This document shows, piece by piece, positions 1-12,611 of a stretch of DNA of 64,000 nt. Made by a program: the position numbers and the translations under genes. Numbering within the stretch: position 1 is the first letter of the stretch; the number at the start of each line of letters is the position of its first letter. Source of the DNA: Laetmonice hystrix (taxonomy: Eukaryota); contig OZ249444.1 of the NCBI GenBank assembly GCA_965235115.1, positions 18,228,001 through 18,292,000 of the forward strand, in the 5' to 3' direction. The notes under the pieces were generated by a model. That model worked only from the letters and a program-made list of their open reading frames with translations, did not search any database and had not been told where the DNA came from.

Positions 1-432
1 TGCAAGATTACACATACATTTATCAGAAATTGCTTCGGGGTGGGGACTCATAACATAGGAAATAAGGTCAATGTTTTACAATAATTCGCATCGGGAATAC
101 TTTCTTGGAATAGTTTTAGACTCTCTCTCTACATTTTGAGTGTCCTCAAATTGTATTAATAAAGATAAAAGGACGAATAAAGGAGAAATATTTTCACAAT
201 AAACACTTTAGATATTTCCCTCCATTCTTTTCAATTATCTTTTTTGAGCGACACAGACGCTACGGCACGCTATTAGGTAGACGCGGTGCCCTGACGGTCA
301 CTTGGGTGCACCGCTAATGACACAAATCACCATGATGACAGGGTGGGGCCAAGAATGGTGTAGTGGGTAAACAGGAACATTACCAGACCCAATCCAACAG
401 GCCATTACTGCCACCTTCTCGGCTACACCATA

Positions 433-921
433 GCCACAGTCCTTGGCTGACCACCGCCACAGTCCTCGCCTGACCACCGCCACAGTCCTCGCCTGACCCC
501 CGCCACAGTCCTCGCCTGACCCCCGCCACAGTCCTCGCCTGACCCCCGCCACAGTCCTCGCCTGACCCCCGCCACAGCCGGGCTGGCCACCGCCAGAGTC
601 CTTGGCTGACCCCCGCCACAGTCCTCGCCTGACCCCCGCCACAGTCCTCGCCTGACCCCCGGCACAGTCCTTGACTGACCACCGTCACAGTCCATGGCTG
701 ACCACCGCCACAGTCCTCGGCTGACCACCGCCACAGTCCTCGGCTGACCACCGCCACAGTCCATGGCTGACCACCGCCACAGTCCTTGCCTGACCACCGC
801 CACAGTCCTCGGCTGACCACCGCCACAGTCCTCGCCTGACCACCGCCACAGTCCTCGGCTGACCACCGCCACAGTCCTCGGCTGACCACCGCCACAGTCC
901 TCGGCTGACCCCTGCCACAGT
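433..921. repeat. 23-bp minisatellite, about 21 copies
   Basis: Unit ccgccacagtcctcg(c/g)ctgacc(a/c). gccacagt recurs at 433 and 456 (period 23). It explains the repetitive minus-strand ORFs at 298-1022. Confidence 0.97.
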
Positions 922-1373
922 CGGGCTGCCCGTTTAGACCCTCTGGTTGACCACGGTTGCCGTTTCTCGGCGCCCCCTTCCACCCCACCCTTGTAATCCC
1001 GTCCTTGGCGTACAATTGTCACCTTCCGTATCTGCTCTAGATCTACCCGCTACTTTCCCATGTTTCTACAAATATATAAATTTGAGATTTTTGGCTCTGT
1101 TCAGGATCAAGTTTATAAACTTCATTTTGTGATACCATTTGAAAGCCTCTGTCCTCGACATACAACATGCACCCGCCCAATTAAATTAAACCACACTAGC
1201 ATTGGCTTGTCTTCAATGGGTCCCGACAGTAAAACAGTATATTTTCTTTATACATTCGCCTTTCTGTTTCTTTTCCTGTTGGGCCTCTACAGGGTTCTGG
1301 GGTCCAGGGTGAGGGGGGTGAGAGAGGTGTTGGGGTGAGGGGTCGCCTAGTTGATGCTCCCCTTTTTTTGCAG

Positions 1374-1451
1374 CAGATCAGGCAGCGCCACATTGCGGCT
1401 AACGTGATTACCTGAATGGTCGCTGCCTGTCCTCGCCATGACAACGGCCGG
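1374..1451 (+). other. Candidate spliced exon, non-coding or 5'UTR-like
   Basis: Strong acceptor ctcccctttttttgcag (NAGNAG cagcag) and donor CGG|gtaaga. All three frames contain stops; there are two ATGs near the 3' end. Confidence 0.4.
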
Positions 1452-1770
1452 GTAAGACGTCGGGGGGGGGGGGGGCGTGGCGGGGTGGTTTTAACCCTGG
1501 AGGATTGGATTACTGGAGGAGCACAACAACATAGTAATCTCCACACGCTCCCAGGATCCAGGGGGCGCCACGCAAACACTTTGAGTAGCATATTAGAAGA
1601 AAAAGTGGGATTTTACTTTTAGCGGACTATGTGATAATACAGTATTGTTTGCCATCAGTCCTGCACCACTTAAACAGAACTGTGGTTCAAAAAATAATCC
1701 ATTTACATTAGGATGTGCAGAAGAAAAAAATCTTTATTCTGCATTACTGTATTTTTCTTGAGAAACTTAC

Positions 1771-1797
1771 CTCTGCTACATCCGGCCATAACCACCA
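1771..1797 (-). other. Candidate 27-nt microexon
   Basis: Minus strand reads gttgtattcacag|TGGTGGTTATGGCCGGATGTAGCAGAG|gtaagt. It is frame-preserving (WWLWPDVAE in phase 0; VVMAGCSR in phase 1). Confidence 0.35.
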
Positions 1798-2330
1798 CTG
1801 TGAATACAACCCATGAGAATATAATACTTCCTTCAAGATATTTTGAGATATCTCACATGAAAATTCCATGAACATTTTGGTGACGTGTATTGAGAATTAT
1901 TTATTAACCGTATTTGAAAAAAGGTCATGGCTCTCATCAAGCTCTCTACAAAATCCACAGAAGTGCGGTAACTGCACGATTCCCACAATCGCTCACATCC
2001 TAGCAATGGACAGACCGTGTCATGCACACAAGCACCTTGATTCTTTCACATAAATACAAGCTTCTCATTGTTTGAGAATGCAGACGGAATCCTTAAAGGC
2101 ACACACCCACAGAGACCGATAATTCAATGAAGGTCTGGTTTTTGTGGAGGGGCTCAGTGTCTTTGCGCCGACCGGTTCCCGGTGCGGGCCCTGGGACCGA
2201 CGAGCGTTACTGCAGTCACCCAGTCGTCTTGAAGCCAATGGTGACTCACTCCTGCCAGATACAATCCTTACAACGTATAACTGGATTAACCAGATTAAGC
2301 AGCTTATCTCATTCTCCCTTTGATCCACAG

Positions 2331-2398
2331 GGTCAGTGAGGACGCATTAAGCTGGTCAAGCAGGGTATCCTCTGAGATCTGAGGGGGCCGTTTCCACG
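2331..2398 (+). other. Candidate spliced exon
   Basis: Acceptor tctcattctccctttgatccacag and donor CACG|gtaaca. All frames contain stops. Confidence 0.3.
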
Positions 2399-3671
2399 GT
2401 AACATTCCTGGGGAGCAGAGGTCTATGTTTTTAGGCCACGCCACTTATTGGTTAATGACACATTCCCCCGGACAACATGCCGCTTCTTGTGATTGTCCTC
2501 CCCTCATCCTTCCCAATCTTACGTCGTTTGTCATTAGCAGATCTAAACTGGTATTTTCTGCAATTTTTCAATCTTCTAAAGCAGCCAAAAGATCTTCTAA
2601 ATAAAAGACTGCGTATAGTTTTCTTATTCTAAGTGCGAAGAGATAAGTGCTAGATTCACACATGAGTCAAACGAACCGCTAATGTCTGGAAATAGCGACA
2701 GCCCAGTGAGCGTGTTGAGTGTACTGGAGCTGATTTGTCCGGCACCCCGTAAATCAAAGTTTTAGATCTCGGGCCCATCATGTGATCGTTTGCCTGTTTG
2801 TCATTAGCAAGATAAATACGGTATCAAGATAAATGAAGATTTATCTTAATTGAGTTTAATATTATTGTCAAATTAGAATTTAATTGTTTAAATATTCAAA
2901 GCTGTAATGATCTGTATCTAGGATTGTAATCGTTATTTGGACTTTCTGCACTCCGTGGGTTTCTTAACTCAAATGAACGTCTTAGAACTGTTTATTTTTC
3001 CACACTTGCGCCACCTGTCGATGGTTAGACATACTCGGACATTCATTTCGCGCCCTTGGCACCTGTCAATCACGTTGATGAAGTGAACCTTTCCCCGCCG
3101 CCACTGCCCCTCTCTCCAAGGTTCTCTGTGTCGTCTGGCCGGACAGAATGACGGAGAAAAGTTACCTGCCAGTGAGAAATGCGGCCAGGTCGGAACAGGT
3201 CCGCCTCCCGCCCGACCAGTGCCGAGCGTGTCTGGCCCTCGGACATGGCGACCGCCAACCTTCATAAGTCACCACTAACAGTGTTTTAGGGCCACATGCC
3301 AGGATCTACGGCCCAGCTGGACATTCTATTCAGCGCTGCCAAACTGTTTTCTTTACTTCCAGTTCTAGTATGGTGGCCTCACTTCTTTTTTGTAGAGATC
3401 TGTAAAATTTGTGTTTCTATAAAGACTTCCATATGGAATCTTAGTCAGGGGTAAAAAAGAAACACATAATGGATCTTCTGTTTATTGCTACTTTCCCAGT
3501 GCGATGACTGATGTTTGTCGTGTATTTTGCTGTATTTTATGGGTATTCCTGCCCTCCAGCAAATAAACTTTTCAGTTGCGTATGACTCAACCCACTCAAA
3601 CTGCTTTCATCCTGTCAAAGTCCTTGTTTTCTTAAGGCTGAGTTTTTTAAGAGCACATTAGTTTTAAAATA

Positions 3672-4335
3672 AGCCCTGTGTCCTGAGCCAGCCCCCACCT
3701 CGTCCTTCCACCATGTTTGAGTAGATCACTGGTTTCCACCATTGACTGGGTGGGCCGGACCCATGACCGATCCCGTACCCATAGCCCTGTGTCCTGAGCT
3801 AGCCCCACCTCGTCCTTCCACCATGTTTGAGGAGATCACTGGTTTCCACCATTGACTGGGTGGGCCGGACCCATGACCCATCCTGTACCCATAGCCCTGT
3901 GTCCTGAGCTAGCCCCCACCTCGTCCTTTCACCCTGTTTGAGTAGATCACTGGTTTCCACCATTGACTGGGTGGGCCGGACCCATGACCCATCCTGTACC
4001 CATAGCCCTGTGTCCTGAGCCAGCCCCCACCTCGTCCTTCCACCATGTTTGAGGAGATCACTGGTTTCCACCATTGACTGGGTGGGCCGGACCCATGACC
4101 CATCCTGTACCCATAGCCCTGTGTCCTGAGCTAGCCCCCACCTCGCCCTTCCACCATGTTTGAGTAGATCACTGGTTTCCACCATTGACTGGGTGGGCCG
4201 GACCCATGACCCATCCTGTACCCATAGCCCTGTGTCCTGAGCTAGCCCCCACCTCGCCCTTCCACCATGTTTGAGTAGATCACTGGTTTCCACCATTGAC
4301 TGGGTGGGCCGGACCCATGACCCATCCTGTACCCA
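3672..4335. repeat. 111-bp tandem repeat, 6 copies
   Basis: agccctgtgtcctgagc starts at 3672, 3783, 3893, 4004, 4115 and 4226, and the copies are nearly identical. It explains ORF 3799-4296. Confidence 0.97.
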
Positions 4336-4339
4336 TTAG

Positions 4340-4524
4340 TTAACACTGAGTGTCCACTACGCGTCCCTCACACAGACACCACCACTTAGCCTGCTCAGCA
4401 CCCTGTCTGGTATAATTACCCGCACGATACCAGCCTATATCCCGGGTCTGCGGACCCAGCCGGTGTCCGACCTTTGAGGGTTCACCAGGGTAAACCGGCT
4501 GTGTGGCTGCGACTTGTACTGGTT
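4340..4524 (-). CDS. Candidate terminal coding exon of an unidentified protein
   Basis: Acceptor ttatcattcctacag, then an open frame PVQVAATQPVYPGEPSKVGHRLGPQTRDIGWYRAGNYTRQGAEQAKWWCLCEGRVVDTQC to TAA at 4340-4342. I recognise no family. Confidence 0.2.
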
Positions 4525-6579
4525 CTGTAGGAATGATAACTGGGGCTGTCTACTCCTGGGAGTGGGTCTGTCACACCCCCTCTCCTTCCCTCCCTCCGGG
4601 GGGGGGGGGGGTAGGCATGGGGTGGGGTGTGTGAGAGGCCTAATGGACCTGTTAAACCATCGCCAGGGAGGCGTGAGGGATCTCACCTCTGCCTGTCAAA
4701 TCATTTCTCCAAGTTGTCATTTATAGAAACATTTTGGTGCGCCTGAAGTATCTCGATTTTATGAAGAAAATTCCATATTGATCACAATAAAACTTTCCAA
4801 AATGTTTTGATTAGGCCTATAGGAAACTAATGGGATCCTATGAACTATGAAATCCTGACATTTTATTTGCATAATCATGTGATTGGTTTCCATTTTATAT
4901 ATAGTCCTCATTGTAACACATTAAAGAGGTAGGGCAAGTCAATTGCTCTCGTCTAAGACCAACTTGACCCCCTTCCATCACATAGCTTTAAGATCGATCC
5001 TGAATCCATTTTAAATCTGTGTTGAACCAGATCTTATCACACTTTTCGAAAGCTTGGCATGCCACTAAGTCTACTACAAATTGGGCGGGCTGGAAGAGAT
5101 TGGTGGGGCGTCTGGGGCCCTACCCGGGGGGTCCAGGAGGGGAAGATTAGTCGACATAATACGGAAAGAGATACCGGGTGCCTGAGAAAACACCAGTCGG
5201 CATGCCTGGCGCCCTCTACCAGCAGGTAGACGAATCACTCCACCCTCACAGCCAGGATTCCAGCCGGGGCACTGATGGAGATGACCTTTCATCTTTGACC
5301 TCTGTGGGTCATGCACTGGATGGAGCGGGGTGTTACCTCTGACAGCTGAGCCCGTACTGAGGAAGGTAGAGGCTGAGAGTTGGTGACATGGTAAGTAGTG
5401 GATAAATCGTATCGGGGTTGACTTGAAGCTCAAAACACGTCACCATTCAGGTGTTACGGCGGTCAACCAGTCTCAAGGTCAAATAAGATATCTCTTCTAT
5501 TATATCAACTTGGTCCTCTCCTTTAAATAAAAAATAAATAAAGAATGTGGGTAACTTAATACTGACTAGTTAATTCACTCGACAGAAATATGTTATTAAC
5601 TATTTTTACACTTCTAATATAATTCAGTGTGTGAAACATAACAATTTTGGTTCGCCAGAGATATGTTGTCCAACACTATCCAATATATCGCTGTAAATCT
5701 GCTGTCGTATATAATATTGTAAAGGAGGTCTACAATAACTGCTCGATGTTTGCAGACAATACCTCTACATTTGTACTGATATGGCTAATGATTAAATTCT
5801 TAATTTTGTAGGCGCAGTCGCAGTTGAGCACGGTATAGCATCTTAAACTGTGACAAGATACTGCGAGTTGGAATGGAATCTGACACAAATGGATTCATTA
5901 AGCTGAATCATATATTCCAGACACGTCCAATCTCTGAAATATTACTGATCACTCTAGCATTGCCGTCATCAACGCAACACAGGCAAATTGAAACAAAATC
6001 AAATTGTTTCAACGCCAGGGTTTTCATTTTTAATTTCCCTTCTTCTCATTACGGAGTAAATGATTGCCATTCCAACCACATAACAGAACCTCGATTTCAA
6101 TTTCAAGTGTGAAATTCTATTAAGTATGCACTTTTTAAAATCCTTATTTGTCTGTTTGCACTTCCATAATGGACACTGGGAGCAAACTCTTAATTACTTC
6201 TGCACTATTCTCTGTCAATATCACAAGAATTTATCAGTCATGTCTTTTGCTCCCCTCAAATGTCATATTGATATTGCTTGAGACATAAATTTGATTATTA
6301 ATCTTCCTCAGCTAATCACCTCGCTAAAAAATCCCGATCTTTTTTAAAAATCCAATATCATTATGAGATTGCAAAGAGTTCCTCGTCGACTGAGGAAATA
6401 GCACCACAACCACCACGACGGGCCATGGCAGAAATCTTTGTCAAATTCTGCGCGATATAATGAAATATTTGTCTAGTTGTTCCCGTGAGGGGGTTGGCTT
6501 GCTGACACCATGACAGAAGCTGCCAGAACACACGAAGCCTCCCTGATGAAACCGTCAAGCTGACCCCGATAACACTCAC

Positions 6580-6609
6580 CCTAGGGGGTCCTGGTCGGTT
6601 AATGTACCG
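6580..6609 (-). other. Candidate 30-nt exon
   Basis: catatctcag|CGGTACATTAACCGACCAGGACCCCCTAGG|gtgagt. The donor is strong and the acceptor modest. Phase 0 reads RYINRPGPPR. Confidence 0.25.
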
Positions 6610-8844
6610 CTGAGATATGACCAACTCCTACAGCACCCGGACCACATCTATTTGCATTTTATCAAGTTGCAAACACGGGTATTTATACTGCATTATTGGA
6701 CCTGCTGATGTTTGCTAAAACACATTGGAATATTTTGATTGATTTGGAAAGAACATATAATTGAAGCAATTTGCAGCTGGCATACAGCGACATATCCACT
6801 TTCCAAACGTTCCCCTCTGACAAAAGAGTAACCTCTGGCCATGAGAAAAAGCCATTTGGAAGATGTCAAAGACCCTTCTTTAAGTTGTGCCTAACATAAT
6901 ACGATACAACATGGTATATATTAATAGAGTTATAGTCCCCCCTACCATTTGGCCATTAGTTCAAGTTGGTTAATCTGCCGTTATAAACGATGTCCTCTCC
7001 GAGAAAGAGCCTGAGTCGAGTACGAATAGGTGACAATAACGTTTAGTCAGGTGTCAGCTGCATGGAAGTCTAGAAGACATGGCAAAATCTGACATTGGCT
7101 CCCGACCCCAACAGAATATAAATCCTTATCAAAGCTTAATAATGCACACCGCAGGCCATTGCCAACCTGCCATCATAATTCATAACATGCAAATTGACAG
7201 CACCAGCCTGCGCGACCTTTGACCTCGCACCCTTGACTTCACAGCCAGAGGGCCTCATCACCTCTGACACCATCCTGATGACAGTGTATTTAAAAAGGTT
7301 TTCGACAGATACAATAGTACAATTTTCAGGGTCACAGGTCAACAGGAATCACTTCAAAAAAAGATCAATGATAAGGACATGGAGAGAATAACCACTGAGC
7401 AATGAAAATTTACACAAAATAGGGTAATCTTGAAATGAGACCTCATGGACTGGAATTATTCATTCAGCGAATAACTTCTGATTAGAACCCACTTGACATT
7501 TCACACGTCAAGGTCCCACAACATGAATTTATCTCCCACGGAAACATTTACAGAAACTCTGCCATGAACAATTTACTCTAACACTGGTAAATCTCTATCA
7601 GTTACATATATATTGCACACATTCCAAGTGAATAACATGACGACGTATGCAATGTTCTGCAATAAAAACCCTATGGACTCGGAATCTTTTTCTTCTGCAA
7701 CTGAGAATCTCCGTTCTCCTCTGTGTCGCCACTGTTTTTAATGTGTCTTTTACTGTAAACCTCCCTCTCTGCCAGTAATTGTAAGTTGAGCTGTACACCT
7801 AGGAACTCTTCATGTAATTAATACGGCCAAACTCGCAGCCACTGATGACACGTATCTGACAGGTTGAGCAGACATGTTCCTGAACACACCCACCGTCCCC
7901 ATCCGTCGTGTTCCGACCGATATTTTTACCACTAAAAATCGCAATCTCTACCACTGACCACCAGGGGCCCCTTGTCCGTAAACAGCAGCACGCTGGCCAA
8001 CACTGCGCGCCAATTTCTACAATCCTGCTGGGACCTTTGTTGCGATACACTGCTGACAGCGGACATTTCCCATGATCCTCCAGGAACGAGTTTCTTGTCA
8101 CAGACCGTCACTCTGACATCAGTTTATCGGTGAAGGTCATCGAACTCACAATTTTCATCGATTTCCACCACGGTGAAACGACTTTATTTCTCAAGCACCA
8201 ATATTTGGTGGTTTAAATTACTGACACAAAGGCACCCTTTTCAGATTGATTTTTCTAGGTATTTATCTAAATTTTGTTTCCCTGATAGAGTAAAGAGCCC
8301 TTAAAACTGCTACATAAATTCAAATTACTTCATGATATAATATTCCTGATGTGAAATCATGTTGTGATATTGAGAATAACGATTCCATGGACCATAAAGT
8401 ATGACAAGATTCCCCATAGAATATGGTATGAACTATACTTTATAGATGACCATAGTACGTGGCACCCCAAACGTAACAAGAAACATATGTTAAAGATAGA
8501 ACACGGGTGATTACATCACGCAGTGTGGGATGAAAATACAGACAGACTTGTATTTCTCCCTGAACGTAGCTCCACACAAATAATGCAAGCATCACATTAT
8601 ATTTTTGTCAACCGAGAACCCCATGTTGAAAGATTGTGAAGATATATTATTAAGATGCATGAACCCGGGTACCATGAACTCATTAATAGAACCCACTTTA
8701 ATTAATTATGCATATAATACACGACTTGAAAGACGGACCTTTGACATCCAAAAAGGTGATCATCAACATTAAAATGTAGCAAAATGATCATAACTTGGGA
8801 GTTTCTGCATCTCCCTGATCTAGGTTTTCAATATTATGTTACCT

Positions 8845-9240
8845 TTGCGCCCGCCCCCTCCCCATCCCCGCCAATATTCGGCTCATCAGGGATGGGCTGG
8901 CAGACTGGCGGCAGTGGGTAATGACGACTGCCTCCCCGACCAGTGGTCACGGGCTTGTCGTGATCGTATTACACTGATTAGTGACCGGCTGACCGCTACG
9001 CTCCGCCCGGTTAGACACACGCCTCCCCCCTCCCCCCCGGGACGAATAACCATGAATTACGTCTCCCCCGGCCCCACACTTTCACCAGCCGCCCTACAAT
9101 CTCGCCCCAAAAGTGGTCGTATATCCACGGCCCCGCCGTCCGTCGTTACCTTGCCTTACAAATGAGCCCTCTTCCACACCCTTCCTGTTTCCGTGCTCAC
9201 ATTGGACCAATTCTGGCCGTCTGTTAGTGAGGGTGAGGGA
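8845..9240. promoter_or_regulatory. GC/CpG-rich promoter-like island
   Basis: Locally high GC and CpG with several GC-box-like motifs (ccgccc, ggccccgcc), CCAAT at about 9206, and minus-strand donor-like sites near 9150-9170. Confidence 0.35.
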
Positions 9241-12200
9241 CATCATGTATTAGAGGAACCGCGATGAGTTGTTCTCAATGCCGGAATCCCAATTATACGA
9301 GTTGTGCACCACACCTCCAGCCAGCCAATTAAAGAGAAGGGAGGGTTTTCTAGGAAACAACGCCCTACATGCCTGCACGCAAGCCTTGGGAAAACGCACG
9401 TGCATGTCTTGAGGGTCCACACAGCAGAACACTGTTCTTTCCATGATAGAACGTGACATGCTGTCACATAATAATATAATTTCCCGCCATCAGCATGGCA
9501 CTGACCTCAGGCAAACGGGACTGCATGAGGTATACAGAATACTCTCTGAGATAAAAAGGTGACAAGTGATAATAGACGGACAGAAAAACAATGGACCCTA
9601 AGACAAACTAAAGTACACGCAGAGAACCAGGCTGGGACAGTGAGAAGTGGATAGAGTTCACAAAGACAGTCGTACACAACCACCCACCTAGAAAACAAAA
9701 CGCCTCTGGCATATTCATGAGGTAGATCGTAAACTTCACCACAAGTTCAATACGATTACTCCTCTCTTTCCAAACCTTCATCAGATCTGTTCACAGTGTC
9801 CTCTTGCCGACATTATCACCCCAGTAATTATGTCCTTTTATTCCCGCTGGAGTTGACTCCCAGAAACATTTTCTAACTGCTGACTATGCATGAGCAGTGC
9901 GGCAACTGGGGCCGCCGGAGGCAGCGAAAGACAGCGCGGCGCGGTGGGACAATGATGGAACCCAGCGAGGGCTATCTCGTCTCATCAGTTGTGAGATGCT
10001 CCTTCTATCTTATCATCCGAGTTTATTACTTTCTGGTCGTGAATGGAGAAAACGCCCGTCCTCGGGCTTGGCAACAGTTTGACGAGTGCTTACAGCAAAT
10101 GACAAGAAAAAGCCTTACAAAGCCTGCATGCATACATCAGGCCCACCACTGGACGAGGCGAGAGTCGACCTCAATAAGTCTACTACATTTGTGCTATAAT
10201 TGAAAAAATCTTTTTACGTCGTTAACAATGAAGCCGGGTCTCCTCACTCAATTAAAATATAAGAGAGAGGGCTTCCCCCTTGGAAACACTCCAATCTCTT
10301 ATTCTGGAAATCACCCTGAAAGAAAGAGCCATGGGTCAATTGGAAAATTGTTTTCTATCGCCAGACACCAAGCCCGCTTGTAACGTTCTCAGCGATCGTT
10401 CATTGACAAATCTTTATTCCAATACAAACACATGCAACTTCACTTCTTCCGATACGAGTCGGTAAGAAGTGTTGTCGGCGTATTTTGTGCTGCATTGTTG
10501 TCACAGTGACGGGATGTGCAACATAATTGATTTGGACGTGCCAGAAAGCCGACACATGTCATTCTATTACAGACCATGTCAACTCAATAATGCTGCTGCC
10601 ACGGGGCTACTTCGCTTTCTGCAGCGGACGCCGATGCGGCGTGACAACCGCCTCAGAGAGTGGGCTGAGATGTGAACCACTCCCATCCACCTCCACACCC
10701 TCACCTGGAGACGTGACACAGGAGGAGCAGCAGGCGGGATGGCGCCCTCCAGCTCCTCCTGTTTTTTGCCCCCCCCCCCCCTCTGACCATTGAAAGAATT
10801 CTGCCGTTGCTCCGTGCCACAAGGCTCTCTGAACTGTCAGTGGATGTGACCGCGGGCCATACAAACTCCTCCAAACATCACAAACAGTAATTTTCCACAA
10901 AGAGAACACCGAAAAGAAGGGAATGGATTGTGGGAAGTTGCTTCGCCGCAAAGCTCCAATAGAATCGTCGGATGTGAACGATGCTGAAAGAACTTATATT
11001 ACCTCCAAACACCGAGATGGTGAAACCCGATACACAAGGGTCGGTTTGCAACTTCGACCTGAACAATCGATACGACGCGGCACAAGTGGCTCCATCTATA
11101 TTAATTATAGATAATGCATTCACAAGCTGACAAGAACGCCATTAATGATGAATCTCATCGCCCCCCTTTGATGCTATCTTATCTGCTGAACCACAGATTC
11201 CTTTACAGCTGCTAATATGTTAAATACCCCCTACGCGATAACCTCTCCTTTTCTCTTTTTTTACTATGTTGAAACCCGAAGGCTACAAACACCTAGATAC
11301 CGTGGTAAGCCCAGAGCTAGGCGGGGAGTAGGTTCGGGACCTTTGGTGGCGCATGATTACAGCAGCTGCCCGAAAGGCCTCCACTTTATCGGAGAGGAAA
11401 TCTTGATGTATTTCTGGCCACCCCAGTTGAACTCTTTACGTTCAATGTAAAACAGTCTTGTTGATAAACGAGGTGGGGGCTTCGTCTTCCATGAGCGGAT
11501 TTGGTACAATCTCAATGATCTTGCCCGGGTCGCTTCCATTTGGTGTCTGATGGTATTCTGCCTATAGCAAAACAAGCCACTGTCTCTATGTCTGTACCCA
11601 AAGGGATCATTACAGGGCTTGCTACCCCGCTACACCTAAAGTAGGGATCTCAGTGGAGGTACTCTGGCTGTATCCCCTAATCTTGTGCTTCAATGTCAGA
11701 TAATCCCTGCCCCAGCTTAAACCATCTTTGTTGACCCTAGACCTGGCTTCTTACAAACATGACAAATGATTGCTCCCTTTTGGAACTGCATAAGCAATGA
11801 TCCCTCCGGTTAATCTATTCCATACGCGATAACCATTTTGCATGCTCCTCTCGAAGGATGATTGCGTAAAACAGCACCTCAAGTTTACATACACACAGCT
11901 ACTAGATCCAGATAGAGCCCATGCCCCAACCATCTGATGATGACCTCTGAAAAGATCATGCCAAAACAAACCGCAATGCCTTGAAAAAGCTAGACTATCT
12001 AGAACACACACTGCAGTCTTGAACAAAGGGAGAATTTACATTCTCCTTCTGCCTCAGGGCGGTTTTGACCACAGAGTTTTGAGAAATTGTAGAAATAAAA
12101 GAAATGTTCAGAAACAGTTGCCTTAGCGAGATAGAAGAGTGTTATCTTTGACCTACCACGTATGAAAATTAAAGAAGCTCTCGAGCCATCTTTCCTCTCG

Positions 12201-12611
12201 AGCAGACGAACGTAATTAAGTATTTATTTTGGTTATTCAAACCCAACAAGTTATTCTATGGTGAGATGTGCAAAGCTTTCAGTCCTATTCTAAAGGGCAT
12301 GTAGACGCAAGCTGAGGCCGCATTACATTTATATCAAAAGAAGCTCATACCATACATTAACAGCTCTGACATTGTTTGAACGTAGACAGAATTATACATC
12401 CTGCATTAAGTGTTTCCATGAAGTCGCTTGTTTCTCTCCCGCATTACTAAAACGTCAGTCGTTGCTTCACTAGTCCATCAATCGTTGCTCTATTGTTCCA
12501 TTCTCTCTATAATTATCCAAACAACAATGTCCGGATCATGGGCAAGCTTTTACAACTATTGCCTACGTGTAAATTTACTATGGCAGGGTTTCCTGCAGGC
12601 CCTTTTTGTGG

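Noticed and set aside
298-1022. Gly/Arg-rich minus-strand ORFs
   Set aside because: They are translations of the 23-bp minisatellite.
4921-5526. Second possible TTAA-flanked Kolobok-like element
   Set aside because: The putative TIRs match at only about 9 of 15 positions.
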